DNA from: Octopus bimaculoides
Lineage: Eukaryota
Length of the DNA: 64,000 nucleotides
Direction of reading: 5' to 3'
NCBI RefSeq assembly: GCF_001194135.2
Contig: NC_068988.1
Span: 67,415,123-67,479,122 of the forward strand
Position 1 is the stretch's first letter. Each line of letters starts with the position of its first letter. The notes beneath the pieces were generated by a model. That model was not told where the DNA came from. It did no database searches and saw nothing but the letters and a program-made list of their open reading frames with translations. The translations under genes and the position numbers were made by a program. Of the stretch, positions 12,861-26,664 are shown piece after piece.

Positions 12861-13445
12861 AATTGCTGAGATGGAATTTAGTATCTTATATTCAAATAGC
12901 TGTACAAAAATTTGAAACCTGCATTCATACTCAGAGTTTAATTAAATAAAGACCAATCATATAATGAAATCAATGCAATTACCATTATATTCTGAGATGG
13001 TGTGTCTTTAAAGAGATCAATATAGTGTAAATAAAGCAGTAAATGTAATTAATGAAATCTGAATTAATGCTTTTAGACCAGTGATTATGCTTAAGATCAG
13101 CTTTTAAAAGGCAGAAAAATTTCGAACTGAAAATTTGATGAAAGCGTGATGTAAATTTCTGTAAAATTTCAATATTACAGGAACTTAATCTAATTTGATT
13201 TTTATACATAACTGAAATTAATGAACTGTTGCTAAACCACGCTTCTGGTTCATGTATAAGATCATAGGATAGGATGATCATGTAATCAATGTTTATGGAT
13301 TACGCTACATGAGATGCCTTATTAGTGAAATGTTCAAATAATTATAGATAGCGTTGTATATGTCAACGAGGTAGCATGTATGAAGTCACCTGATCTAGGA
13401 GATGTCGGAAGAGAAACGTAACTCAAATTATGTACTATTGACTTA

Positions 13446-13513
13446 TGGATAATGTCCCAGATGTTGGATAGTGTCCCAGATGTTGGATAATGTCCCAGAT
13501 ATTGGATAATGTC
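13446..13513 (+). repeat. 19-bp tandem repeat TGGATAATGTCCCAGATGT x3.6
   Basis: Units start at 13446, 13465, 13484 and 13503. Confidence 0.9.
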
Positions 13514-14709
13514 TCAAAGTGAAAGAAAGGATTCTCACTCCTGAATTACATTTGTTCATATGTCGACTCAATTTGAACGGGCCTATGCCTAAACAACACA
13601 TCACTCTAGCGATGTGCTAAAAACAACTGCTAAATAACCCCCCGCCCAATTCACATCCTACAGTCACAACTAAACAAGGAAGCAAAGAACAATGTGATAT
13701 TTGATATGTACTAAACGGTGGCATGGTCATGACTGGAACAATTGTTCAGAAGTCTCATCGATCAAGGCTGACTACAACAAAAACAATAACTCTATCACAT
13801 AATAGTTAAGAGACTACAGTTACTCTGTTCGTATAACTATAAATAATAAATTGTAAACAAATTTATGATACGCGTCTAATGGTTTCCTGATCCATGATTT
13901 CAGACGACATGGAAGCAAACTAATTGACTACGCGACACAATTTATATCACAAGGCTGCCATTCCTCTCATCCAGGCATTGACACCTTTTCAAAATAATTA
14001 ATAATTACAATTCGAAGTAAATTGTTCAGAATCAGGAAACGGAAGCATTACAGGGACACAATTTGCTGCGAACATGTTAATCTATTCATAATAAAAGCCT
14101 GAACAAGTTTACGCTTAGTAAATAACTGTTAGTTGAAGGGAAATATAGCACTAAGGTGTTTGAGACAAACAAACATCTATAATGTTTTTGATCTATTAGA
14201 CGTTAACTGCAAAATTTCTCACAAGTAACTCCTTACTATCTCAATAAAAGAAAACATTGAAACATATACACATAAACATAAAAAAATAAACAGAGTGGTC
14301 ACGGCTGGAAAGTACTTTAACAGAAATATCTGATTGATCTGAGCTTATCTGGAGCTGAGCTACAGAAACACTAAGCTGTTCAATGGAACATCGTTAAAAA
14401 CATGTTTACGTTATACAACAAATCGACTTATCGACAGAGGAATGGAAATAAATGAATGGAAAAAATGATTGTACATAATGATAAATAAAATTCACTTTAA
14501 ATAGCTGAATGGAAAACCTACGGGAAATGATGGCGGACTTTCGTTTGAATTGAATAAATAATGTTGTAATGTGGTTTCGCGAAAACATTTCAATGAAGAA
14601 CTAGATTTCAAACAGCAGAACTATTATTATTTGAAACATCGACAATTTCGATAACAAAGGCTGAAACACTGTAACAGATGTGTTAAAACAACATTGTCAA
14701 CATGGCTGC

Positions 14710-14754
<45 letters not shown>

Positions 14755-16199
14755 GTACATGTGTATGTATGTATGTATGTGCATATATGCAGAAATAGCA
14801 AAACAAAGATCATATAAACAAAACGATTTCAAATAACGGAAATTATTTGTAAAAGAAACAAAAAGCAAAACTGTCTATCATGGCGGATATTATCGACCTG
14901 TATAAAAGCTGGTTATCCATAGTTATTTATGCATGTACATGGGCGTGAACATACACTTATATATATATATATATATATATCATATACATAAGCATGTAAA
15001 TTTGTATACACGTGCATGAAAATACACTCACATACATATCTATATGCATGTAAATATGTAGGCATGTTTCTATATTTGTAGACTGGTGTGTACGCTGTAC
15101 GTTTACCTATACACACACACATAAACATACACTTATATACTCCCGTACGAGAGAGAGGGAGTGTATGAGACAGAGAGTGAGAGAGTGTAAGAGAGAGTGA
15201 GAGAGTGTATGAAAGAGAGAGAGAGAGATTGTATGAGAGAAAGAGAGGGGGAGAAAGAGGCTGAATGGGGAAACATGAAATAATTAATGCTTTTGTTTTT
15301 TATAGTTGTTTAACTTTAGGTCAAATATTAAACGTGGAGATGTGAGATTTAAAATATCTCACCCGTAGACCAATACGCCGTTTGAGGGATATACACGATT
15401 AAAATCAACAATGTGGCATGTTTCTTTTATACGACGGTTGATTAGTCAACATAAAGGAAAATTCTTCTCACTGAGGATGTACTTCAAATTAATTAAAATA
15501 TTTTGCCTGATTACTTTACGTATGTTGACACAGGCAGAAGAAATATTAAGACTATAAGTCATTAGTTGAAAAGCCAAGTGGAATGTGATGTTATTGCAAT
15601 GCTTATTTTAAAATTTTATATTAAAAAAACGCATCTTTGTGTATATAGAAATAACTGTATGCATCTACACACATGCATACACATACACACAAACACACAC
15701 ACACACACATACACACAAATATACACGATTCTGATAAATGTTCTACAAGAATTTAAGTCGAAACCACTAAAATGCATTGGCATACTTCTATGCGCCTCTT
15801 ATCATAAAATTACTGAATCGGTGCTAAACGGCATTAAAGACCATAGTATAAGGGTTAAACAGTAAAGGTGTTCATCGTTAAAATGACATTATGAAACAGT
15901 AGATTATGAAAAGGAGAGATATATAACCTAATATAATGTAAATTTTAGATTGGAAGTAAATATAATTATTTTAGTCGATCGTCTGCTACAGAAACAGCTT
16001 TATTAAATTTAAAATATTTCACCACTCAATAGAGATGCCATTAATGGGTTCGTGTAAATAACATTATTTTGAAATTTTAGTGATTGTAACGTTTCTAACG
16101 TAGAGAATGGAGTTAAAATATGTCCATATGTAAAATATGTCAATGTGTCTTATTTATATATGTAATATTGGTTTCACGTTTTGGAAAAAGACAAGTAAC

Positions 16200-16345
16200 T
16201 TTGGGGAAAGGAATAAGTCGAGTACATCGACCCAGAAAGGATGAAAGTCGACCTCGGTGGAAATTTGATTCATAAATTAAAAAAAAAACGAAATGCGGCA
16301 ACGCATTTTTGTCCATAATGCTAACGATTCAGCTCGCTCGCCGCC
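16200..16345 (-). mobile_element. SINE family A
   Basis: Reverse complement starts GGCGGCGAGCGAGCTGAATCGTTAGC and contains CCGAGGTCGACTTTCATCC. Confidence 0.8.
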
Positions 16346-16502
16346 ATTATACACATGTCTTCTATCACTCTATATTTGTTGTTTTTCTTTAACTACTTAT
16401 TTGCAACCTCTCGCTTTCTTTCTCCTTCTTTCTCTTACACTCACACACTGGCACATACACACACATGCAGAACCTCGCATGCATACATAAATATTCATAT
16501 CC

Positions 16503-16544
<42 letters not shown>

Positions 16545-16589
16545 TATGTTTGTGTGTAGAGAGAGGAATGTTTGAAAATGAATTATATT

Positions 16590-16625
<36 letters not shown>

Positions 16626-16747
16626 CATATATATATATAAATATGTATGTCTNNNNNNNNNNNNNNNNNNNNNNNNNNNNNNNNNNNNNNNNNNNNNNNN
16701 NNNNNNNNNNNNNNNNNNNNNNNNNNNNNNNNNNNNNNNNNNNNNNN

Positions 16748-16788
<41 letters not shown>

Positions 16789-16854
16789 TTATACATATAT
16801 AATGTTCACTTACGTTTTAACGTAAGGGCTAAATAACTTTAGTCGTTGTATATA

Positions 16855-16912
16855 GAAGACGGTGCTCCAGTATGGCCGAAGTCAAATGACTGAAACAAGT
16901 AAAAGAATATAT
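16855..16912 (+). mobile_element. SINE family B 3' tail
   Basis: CGGTGCTCCAGTATGGCCGAAGTCAAATGACTGAAACAAGTAAAAGA, matching 47414-47450. Confidence 0.8.
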
Positions 16913-17779
16913 ATAGTAAGTAGAAGCATTATTGACGAAGAGAAATAACCCAGAAATCGTACGGTCCACAGATACTGCTCTGTGCTGAGTGGGGGTGCAA
17001 AGCTCCCCTGTTCGAAAATATAAGTACACTGATCGTGTGTCGTATAGCCAGCTGGAGACGATGTCTCCTGGGACTAAAGAAACATAACATTCACTCAAAA
17101 CGGGACTATCACAGTAGTTTGGCAGATATTCGTTCTTCAAACTGTTTTTCGTTTATGGGGTTATTCTATCTAAGCGGGCACCAGCTATGCGCCTCTATCA
17201 ATTGATAATTTTGTTTATCGTTCATGTGCTTATGTGCTAGTATTTATGGTTGTTTGGTTTAATAATTCTTTGTACTTTCAACTTCTGAAAATTCAGTTGT
17301 CCCTATAGAAACTTCATTCTTTTTCATATAGGGGAAACAATTAATGGTTTATAGAAAACCAAGAATACATATAGCATTTTCACAGTTTTTGTTTGTTTTT
17401 TAATTTCCATTCGAGAGAAATTAATCATAGCAGTCAAAATGCCGAGAAGAAGCCTTTGTTTACTTATTACATCATAGCGCACTCTAATATGAGTTCACAA
17501 TGGTTAAAAATAAAATAATATTCTGTGCATTTTCTGTTTTCTGTTTTCTTTATAACACCCCCACCACGTATATATATATGTATGTATATATAAATATATA
17601 AATTGATGGTTTGTTGCCAACTTAATGTGGCAGTCCCGGCAACAAACCATCACTTCATCGTGCTGTATAAGTCTCTCTGAGATATTTACAAATGTAATAT
17701 TTCTAATTATATATATATATACATACACACATATGCGAATATATACACACTCAAACACACACACACACACACCGTCGGG

Positions 17780-18170
17780 GCCGTCGTTGGTAATTATTGC
17801 GTGTGGTACGGGTTTCTTGTGCATGGTTGTTTAGTAGATTGTTGGAACGAAAATTTCGTTGGTAACTACTTATGTGAGGGGAGGAGGTTGCAATGTCTAT
17901 CCTGCAGGAACTGTAGTTTTTCCTTTCTCTGTTTGAAGTTCGGGTACCCCCGATATTGTATCGCTGGTGAGTTACAAAGTTAGGTTTAGGTCCTGTATTC
18001 TTTTTTTGGTAGGGATGATGGTTCCGTTTTCTAGAGGTGTGAATCAGTGTTTGAGTCTTGTTTTGATTTTCTTATTTTCAGAAAAGCGTGCTCTGTTTGA
18101 AAGATGGTTTCATAGTTTGGGAACCAAGAGGCGCTTTTCTCCCAGCGTTGCAGGGATTTCAGTCCTTCTT
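17780..18170 (-). mobile_element. I/Jockey-group LINE RT relic
   Basis: Minus strand LKSLQRWEKSA..., ENGTIIPTKK.I.DL.LT and KEKLQFL resemble the post-YxDD RT segment of I-group LINEs. Frameshifted. Confidence 0.45.
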
Positions 18171-18273
<103 letters not shown>

Positions 18274-18752
18274 ACAGCATGTGTACACCGAAGTACATTG
18301 GTTTGTGTATAGATACATATTTACCCAATTTTAATGTAGTCAGAAACGAAACTAGTGATTGATGGTGACAGATCTGTACTCATATTATAAAGGTTTCGGT
18401 GGAGCTCTGATAGGAAACAGTTGAGAAAGTGTCGGACTATTTTGCTCTTGTCACTACATATTCATCTAGGGATAACGAGTTAGTGACATACATGTCAAAC
18501 AGTAGCTTACGAGTAAAAAAACATGGATGTAAATGTGTCAATACGTCATATCCTCAATATTTTATAAACCGTTAGACAATTATTATCTCACAGGGCTTCT
18601 ATGCGTATATGTTCGTGTGCGCGCGCGTGCGTGCGTGTATTTGTGTGAGAGAGAGATAGAGAGAGGGAGGGAGAGTACGCGAGGATGAGAATGTGAAGAG
18701 CTGAATGTGCTTTATAAGAGTATGTATGCATATGTATGTGACTAAATAGACG

Positions 18753-18785
<33 letters not shown>

Positions 18786-19706
18786 GCATACATGTAGATA
18801 TGCATGCGGCTTGCATGCATTCACGCACGGGTTTATATGAGCATATATCTTAGGGTATGATTATGTATGTTTGTTGTGTATGTGAGTATATGTGCATGAA
18901 TGCATATTGGTATTGATATATATGTATCGATATATGTGTATATGTAGGTAATGTTTACGTTTCCATATGAATGCAGAATGAATGTGTATTTTGTAACATA
19001 TTCATTTATGCAATGTGTGGAATACGTTCAAATAAATATCTGTTTCAGTTTCTGTTGAAATAACCATTGTTGTATATCTATTTCGAGACACATCAGTAAC
19101 TACTCATGGTTGTGGTCTTCTATTGCATGTTCTCCCATGTTGTCGAACCTCAGATAGAACTTAATAGACCACATATATAATATACGCATACGCACCCACA
19201 TAACCGCACACGCGCACACATACACACAAATACACTCACATATAGAGACAGAAATATATATATATATATAGATGTATAAATATATGTGTATATATATATA
19301 TATATATATNNNNNNNNNNNNNNNNNNNNNNNNNNNNNNNNNNNNNNNNNNNNNNNNNNNNNNNNNNNNNNNNNNNNNNNNNNNNNNNNNNNNNNNNNNN
19401 NNNNNNNNNNNNNNNNNNNNNNNNNNNNNNNNNNNNNNNNNNNNNNNNNNNNNNNNNNNNNNNNNNNNNNNNNNNNNNNNNNNNNNNNNNNNNNNNNNNN
19501 NNNNNNNNNNNNNNNNNNNNNNNNNNNNNNNNNNNNNNNNNNNNNNNNNNNNNNNNNNNNNNNNNNNNNNNNNNNNNNNNNNNNNNNNNNNNNNNNNNNN
19601 NNNNNNNNNNNNNNNNNNNNNNNNNNNNNNNNNNNNNNNNNNNNNNNNNNNNNNNNNNNNNNNNNNNNNNNNNNNNNNNNNNNNNNNNNNNNNNNNNNTA
19701 TATATA

Positions 19707-20251
19707 TTATTTGGGAGGTCTAGTGTGTGGCATTATTCTGTAGTAATGCCCTTATACAAATATAAACGAATAATTATATTCTTGGGAATAGTAATTTCCT
19801 TTATGAATTATTTTACACACTGGCTTCCTGATAAAATTCTTGTAAATTATTTTTATCCATTTTTTGAATTTATTAATCATATATATACACGGAATATATT
19901 CAATACTGCATTTCATTCCGGTTTACACACTTGTACCTAGAACAATGCAGAAAGTTTCCCGCTTTTTTATGAAGATATATACAGATAAACTTCATTCTCT
20001 TTGCTTTGTCGGATACGTAGAGTGTTCGTTTTGGTGAGGTGAGGATTTTGTTTATTTATATATATTTTTTGTACCATACTATGCCGATGAACGGAAACTA
20101 GATTTCATTCTAGTAATCGCGAAATCGGTCGATACATAGTTGTGTTATTTAAAAGAAAGTTGGTTTCTTCTGTTGGTTGCTTTCCTCGCATTCGGTACTA
20201 AAATGTGTTTATTTGGGAGGTCTAGTGTGTGGCATTATTCTGTAGTAATGC

Positions 20252-20258
<7 letters not shown>
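19707..20258 (+). repeat. Perfect 50-bp direct repeat (19707-19756 and 20209-20258) flanking a 452-bp segment
   Basis: TTATTTGGGAGGTCTAGTGTGTGGCATTATTCTGTAGTAATGCCCTTATA occurs twice. Confidence 0.9.
20079..20139 (+). ncRNA. Degenerate Penelope-type hammerhead ribozyme relic
   Basis: CCGATGA (for CTGATGA), ACTAG/CTAGT hairpin, CGC-GAAA-TCGG-TC. CTATG/CATAG is a possible stem I with a bulge. Confidence 0.45.
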
Positions 20259-20286
<28 letters not shown>

Positions 20287-20321
20287 GCATAAACCAATTT
20301 ACTTCGGTGTACACATGCTGT

Positions 20322-20371
<50 letters not shown>

Positions 20372-20383
20372 ACACACACACAT

Positions 20384-20415
<32 letters not shown>

Positions 20416-20424
20416 TTCATCGCA

Positions 20425-20567
20425 GGGTGAACCAATTAACTTCTGAGTCGACTAAACCAACGTGGAGTGATGTGTTCTGCTTACGAACAGAATGCGTTGC
20501 TCGGACCAAGAATCGAAACCACGATTTAACAATTGTGAATGCAACTCCCTAGCCATAAGGCCACGCA
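20425..20567 (-). mobile_element. tRNA-headed SINE fragment
   Basis: Minus strand GCGTGGCCTTATGGCTAGG (A box) ... GGTTTCGATTC (B box). Confidence 0.65.
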
Positions 20568-22220
20568 CATACATAAGTTAAGGAATGGAGTACATAATAT
20601 CCGGACTACATAAGTCTCATAGCGAGCAGAACCTCGGAAGTGGTAAACATCCGAGCGAAGTGTATATCGCACGCTTCTCTTCAGGTCAAGCATATCCAGG
20701 ATACGGAAAAAACTACAATCTTCCGCTTCGATAAATCACTATTGTTTCTGAAAGTGGTTATTTTATATTTTCTGGGTTTGCATTTATGCATCTATATAGT
20801 GTCTATTTATACATGCATACATCTGTATGTGTGTGTATGTAATGTATATATTATACAACAATATATAATTTATTCATCCGGACGCTAGGACATGTTTTGA
20901 ACGAGATTTTGTTGCTATTCTCATGAATGGTGTCTTTCTTTTACCCTTTTAATAAGTAATGTTGACTTTTGCTTTCGTTTCTGATTTTTCTGCATAGAAC
21001 TGTGGTACCAAACTATTCCATTATTGATCACAATGTCTTGTTCCATAAAAAGAGTCATTAATATCATTAGAATTAGTATGTGCTGTTGTTGTTAACTTAT
21101 TACTTGGAATGACTATGACGTTGTGTGAGGTTAGCTGGTCTTATTGTTACTTTAACTCTTGTCTTGGAATAGCTACAGTTTCGAATGAAGAATATAACAG
21201 GAAATAGAAGGCATTATGAGTCAGTTGCATAAAAAAGCGACAGTTTATTCACTGTGCTATAGAGCTGAGGACATGACGTAAACACTAACATAATAAACGT
21301 TATCAAAACACCACACATATGGCGTATAACTTCAAACAAATCAGTGCACTCCTGCAAGTACTTGGACTTCTGTGTTTGTGTCTCTGTGTGCATTTGTATG
21401 TATATATGTGTGTATGTGTAGGTATATGTGAATGTATGTGTGTGTGTGTGCGAGCGTGTTTGTGTTTCTATGTGTTTGTTTACAGTGTGTATTTCATAGC
21501 TGACAAGAAAGATTTTGTTTCCAAGTATATTAATGTTATCGACGTTCTAGATTTGAGAATTTTTTCAAGTTAACATGGCAAACTATTTTCATTAGCATAA
21601 AAATAAACTTCTTTGTCTGGATGAACATTTCCATTCAGGCTACTAAGTTCATTGTACTGAGCACAAGAAAGTATGGTAGATATCATAAGAGATTCCGTGA
21701 AATGGCCAAGTCTACACACTATCCAGTATTGTTATCAATAATGTGCCATATTAGATGCATGTCAGCATTCTAAGAATTTATGTATTAGCAGCAACATGTT
21801 TAGTTGTCTCTAAGTATATACATACTTACATATATATGTGTGTGTGTGTGAAATAGGCAAGTCTTCACGATATTCAGTATTGCTATCAATATTTCACACA
21901 CACACACCGAATATATATATATATATAAGTTTGTGTTATTCCAATTGTTTACTGATTGTAGCTAATCTAATTTTTTCACCCCATTAATTACTCATTAACT
22001 ACTCGAAACACCTTCCAGTAGCCACAAACGAAGATAATTTTTCGTATACTAACTGTCATAAAGGAATGTTTTATACTGTTACTTCTACACTTGTCATGTA
22101 TAGCATTTGCCTTGCGTGAGTTTGCACATACATATACATATATATATATATATATATATAACTGATTAGTTTTGTGAGTAAATATTCTGTTTCAACATTC
22201 TACTAAAGTACACGTTTCAG

Positions 22221-22244
22221 TTCACTCCTCTGGAGACAATAAAT
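22221..22244 (+). CDS. Candidate 24-nt micro-exon
   Basis: TACTAAA branch-like motif, GTTTCAG acceptor and GTAAGT donor. Open in phases 0 and 1. Confidence 0.3.
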
Positions 22245-24707
22245 GTAAGTTTATCTCAGTTCAAGCAATTATGATTGTGCCAAGAAAGTATTTTCTTTCA
22301 GTGAATAATGCAATCGAATATAGCTCTTCCCGGCAATAATTGCATCCAAATTAATGATCAATTTATTATCTCTTGAGGAATGATATTCCTAAGTAATTAT
22401 ATAAGTTTATGGTCTGATTAATTACTGATCCACATTTTTGATACTGCTTCAAACTAATTACTGGCATAACAGTTTCATTCTATTTATTAATGTACTGTAA
22501 TATCTTCATGTCTGAGTTATGAGAATCCAATTTGCACAACTAAAACCCCGCCCGTGTTAACAATACGACGTATGAATTGAGAGTTTTCAGCGAGCTTACT
22601 CTGTTGCAGACATGCAAATAGCAACCCAGTTTCGATCCGCGAATACTTCTACAACCTCTAAATGTTAAAGCTGCAGTTCAGTGGCAAAAACTCGTTATTA
22701 TCGTCTGGCCGGGGGAGATATGTTACTCTGGCCAAGCCGTCGTTCAAATAATATCAAATTAGCAATAAATATGGAGAAAGGTTAGTGTTCCACACACACA
22801 TATACACACACATGCATATATNNNNNNNNNNNNNNNNNNNNNNNNNNNNNNNNNNNNNNNNNNNNNNNNNNNNNNNNNNNNNNNNNNNNNNNNNNNNNNN
22901 NNNNNNNNNNNNNNNNNNNNNNNNNNNNNNNNNNNNNNNNNNNNNNNNNNNNNNNNNNNNNNNNNNNNNNNNNNNNNNNNNNNNNNNNNNNNNNNNNNNN
23001 NNNNNNNNNNNNNNNNNNNNNNNNNNNNNNNNNNNNNNNNNNNNNNNNNNNNNNNNNNNNNNNNNNNNNNNNNNNNNNNNNNNNNNNNNNNNNNNNNNNN
23101 NNNNNNNNNNNNNNNNNNNNNNNNNNNNNNNNNNNNNNNNNNNNNNNNNNNNNNNNNNNNNNNNNNNNNNNNNNNNNNNNNNNNNNNNNNNNNNNNNNNN
23201 NNNNNTAGAAAACCGATAGTTTATTCTATTAATGTATACGTAATTTATTATTTATCATTCTATTAATGTATACTTAATTTAATATTTATTGAATGAAATT
23301 TCTTTAAATACTTGTATAATTTTTGAACGCGGAATCGCTGTTAGAAGAGCCTAGAGATTTTGGTAATTATTATTAGAAGACTGGGAGAAAAAAGGTTACC
23401 GACAAGTACTCGAAACTTGCACCTCATTCACAGTTTCTAAACACTCCAAATACATATATATTTATATGTATAAAAAATTATATATATATATATATATATA
23501 TACATGAGAAAGAGAGAGAGAGAGAGAGGGGGGGAGAGATATTTATACAAGTATGTATGTATGGGTTCACAAAAAATATTGGGCACAGTATACGACAATA
23601 AAATGTGTGGTTACACAAAATGAAACGTGTAATCAATGTAAACGATAACATAATAACGTTAAAAACGAAAGAATTTTCCAAAAGAGGATAAATTCTTTGG
23701 GTTGCTAGTGGAGACCCACAAAGCCTTGAACACTAAGACACGTACCGTCTCCACATCGTCCTCCTTTAACCCACTAGCTCATCAATGGTTGAGTACTGAA
23801 CGCGAGTGTGGAGAGTTTCGTCGCTCTGCAGACAATTTGTACAAGCAGGGCTGACTGCACTTTCCTGCCTTTATATTTTACTCTAATATAGCACTGCCAG
23901 CCCAAGGATTTCCATAGGCCCCAGTCCGAAATGTCTACAGCAGCGGTTTTTAAAAATTTTCTTTGCATGTGGCGGAAATTTTTTAAATAGATTGTTCCGT
24001 ACTTGCTTCGTTTTAAATATATCTTGCTAGTCACTGCTGTGGCTGCTTCTGCTTCTGTTGTTGCTGTTATTGTTGCTGCTGCTATCTTTGCTTCGTTTCT
24101 CCATCACATTAGCTAGAGGTGGGAAACAGTATCATAGAGGATGTTCCAACAGCTATCGCTTCCCTCGATTTGAAAAGCCATATTGATATCTCAAAATTTT
24201 CACTTAAACGGCAAATTTTCGCCTAAGCATCTCACCCCGCTTGTAGCGAGTTTNNNNNNNNNNTATAAGTATGTATATATGTATTCATGTATATTTATAT
24301 ACATTTCTATATAAAGAAGAAGAGAGACATATACGTAGATATATGCATATGTGTGTAATTTCACGAAAGGTGTTAACGTAGATGCTTCCAAACAGTATTT
24401 AGGAGGTGAATTCATTCAGCATATACTGTCGATCTAAACAAAACGCATTTATTTTATTGCTTGGTTTAATTTCAGGTCAAACAAATGAGATCAACTATAT
24501 TTGATTGCATTATTTCGAATAATAACTTTACATTCGTAATGCCATTTTATTAATCTTTTTGTCATCTTATGACGATACTCCTATTTACAGCAGCTGATAT
24601 TTTATTAACCACGTGTTTGAGTCTTGGCTCACCATAATTCTTTCATTTCCGTATTATTTACTGTAACGTTTAATAACTTAAATGACGTGGAGTTGCCATA
24701 TATTTTG

Positions 24708-24753
<46 letters not shown>

Positions 24754-25689
24754 ATGCGTGTATATATATTTATATATTCATACATGCATATATAATACAT
24801 ACATAATACATATACATACATATATATATGTATATATNNNNNNNNNNNNNNNNNNNNNNNNNNNNNNNNNNNNNNNNNNNNNNNNNNNNNNNNNNNNNNN
24901 NNNNNNNNNNNNNNNNNNNNNNNNNNNNNNNNNNNNNNNNNNNNNNNNNNNNNNNNNNNNNNNNATATATATATATATATATATACATATAGCTTGTATT
25001 TATATACAGGAATATATCGTATGACAACCATCACATAATTAAAAGGAACCAATCGCAACTAAGTATAGTTATGGCTGATTAACAACTTGGCTGCACACGT
25101 AGGTGTTTTGGATTTCAATTCTGCATCACCACACATATCGTATCACTTTATTTACTATGCTGTTGCAAACTCAAAGATTTAGTAGCAACAATTTACTTCC
25201 CAGAAGGTAAGTCGAGTCGCAGTAGATGTTTATTTTTTTTAGGAATTCCTCTTAAAACTGCTGCTTGGGCTTTGGGTGTTATTTGTAATCTCCACTCTTT
25301 TGCAAACGGTGAACGAAAACTTTGGACTAAATATACAACACTTCATCTCTCCTACCATTCAGAAAGGCCCTGACAGACAAGTTATGAAGGGTATCCTATC
25401 TTTCATCAGTCAATAAACTAAGCATGTTAATGCTGTAAATATATATAATCTAATATGTACAAATTTGGAATTGCACTTGATCTTTGATATAACATCAGAT
25501 TAAAACTCCCGGTATGGTCATTAAGTAATTGGTTTGTCTTAGTTGACATTCAAAAAGTATATGATTATTCTAAACATGTAATATAAATGAAGCTAGACTT
25601 ATTTATTTCTACACCGCGATTCCTCTAAAGTTTGCTGAAGTGTTTCAAACTATTATTAATTTTTGTATTTGTTGTAGAGTGCTCAACGT

Positions 25690-26230
25690 CCCTGAAAGCT
25701 GCACCTTGCTATTGATGGTCAGGTGGATAGACGACATAGATTTTTAGTCAAGTCCAAATCTCTCACTTGGTGGCTCCTAAAGCCACACGCCGATACCTTA
25801 CTTCAGGCTAAACCAAGTGACGGAATTGTGTTAATACTGCACCAGTAAGACTCCGAGTAAAGCTTCCCAAGTAGTCACCGGCTAGGGAGGAGTAACCTGC
25901 TCAGGTCAATAGCCTAGTGTTTAGGGCCAACGCGTGTTTCAGGTAAAGGCTACAAGCTTGGAGAGGAATGGGCACCACTAAGCTAACTTACCCATGATAA
26001 ATACATGATGATGGTAAATATACCAGAATTCATAATGCATCGGTCGTCACCCGGGCTAACTTCAAAGTACCGAGGGGCTTCGATTTTGCCGACTCACACC
26101 GATGTCAACAGAATACTGAGAGAAGTGGCAATATCCAGTTCCTACGTCATCAACCAATTCCTTATAGAACACATTGTTAAAGGATAGGCAGGAAGAAGGA
26201 ATGAAGGGTTGTCACTGTTGATGTCTAGCT
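25690..26230 (-). mobile_element. Possible DIRS-like tyrosine recombinase relic
   Basis: GC-richer block. Minus strand gives SV*VGKIEA (cf. RVGEL.A), PLQACSLYLKH (cf. CPVRAL..YL) and FRSHQVR...KNL (cf. RAHEVR). Many stops. Confidence 0.35.
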
Positions 26231-26664
26231 GTTGGTCAGTCTTCCTTTAAGGAAGTATAACGATGGAAAGCCATAACAAATGAAACCAGCTTGTCTGATT
26301 TTCATACATAATTTATATAGATTTATAACCCAGAGCTATCTTTACAAATTTCATTAGACAATATATAAACCATATACATGTGTCTGTGTCAACTCGTGTG
26401 CGTTTGTGATGAGCTGTAGATTTGGCTGCTACTTTAAACTTTGTCAAATTTGTCACACATGATTATACTATGCACTCTGGGCCAAAAAGTATTCATATCG
26501 GTGTAGATCGGGAACCACGTAGTTTTATAATATAAAACACTTACAGAAGGACTGGACTTGGAACCATGTGGTTCGGAAGCAAACTTCTCACCACACACCC
26601 ATACATACACACACCTGCTCACGTGCGTGTGTGTTTGTGTTTGTGTGTTCACATGTAAAGGGAC

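Larger units (their letters stand above)
18275..20320. mobile_element. Putative non-autonomous TA-TSD DNA transposon bounded by 30-bp TIRs
   Basis: 18275-18304 CAGCATGTGTACACCGAAGTACATTGGTTT matches the reverse complement of 20291-20320 at 29/30. TA lies immediately outside both ends. Confidence 0.55.

Noticed and set aside
13446-13513. CRISPR-like array
   Set aside because: The units are contiguous with no spacers, there are no cas genes, and the context is eukaryotic.
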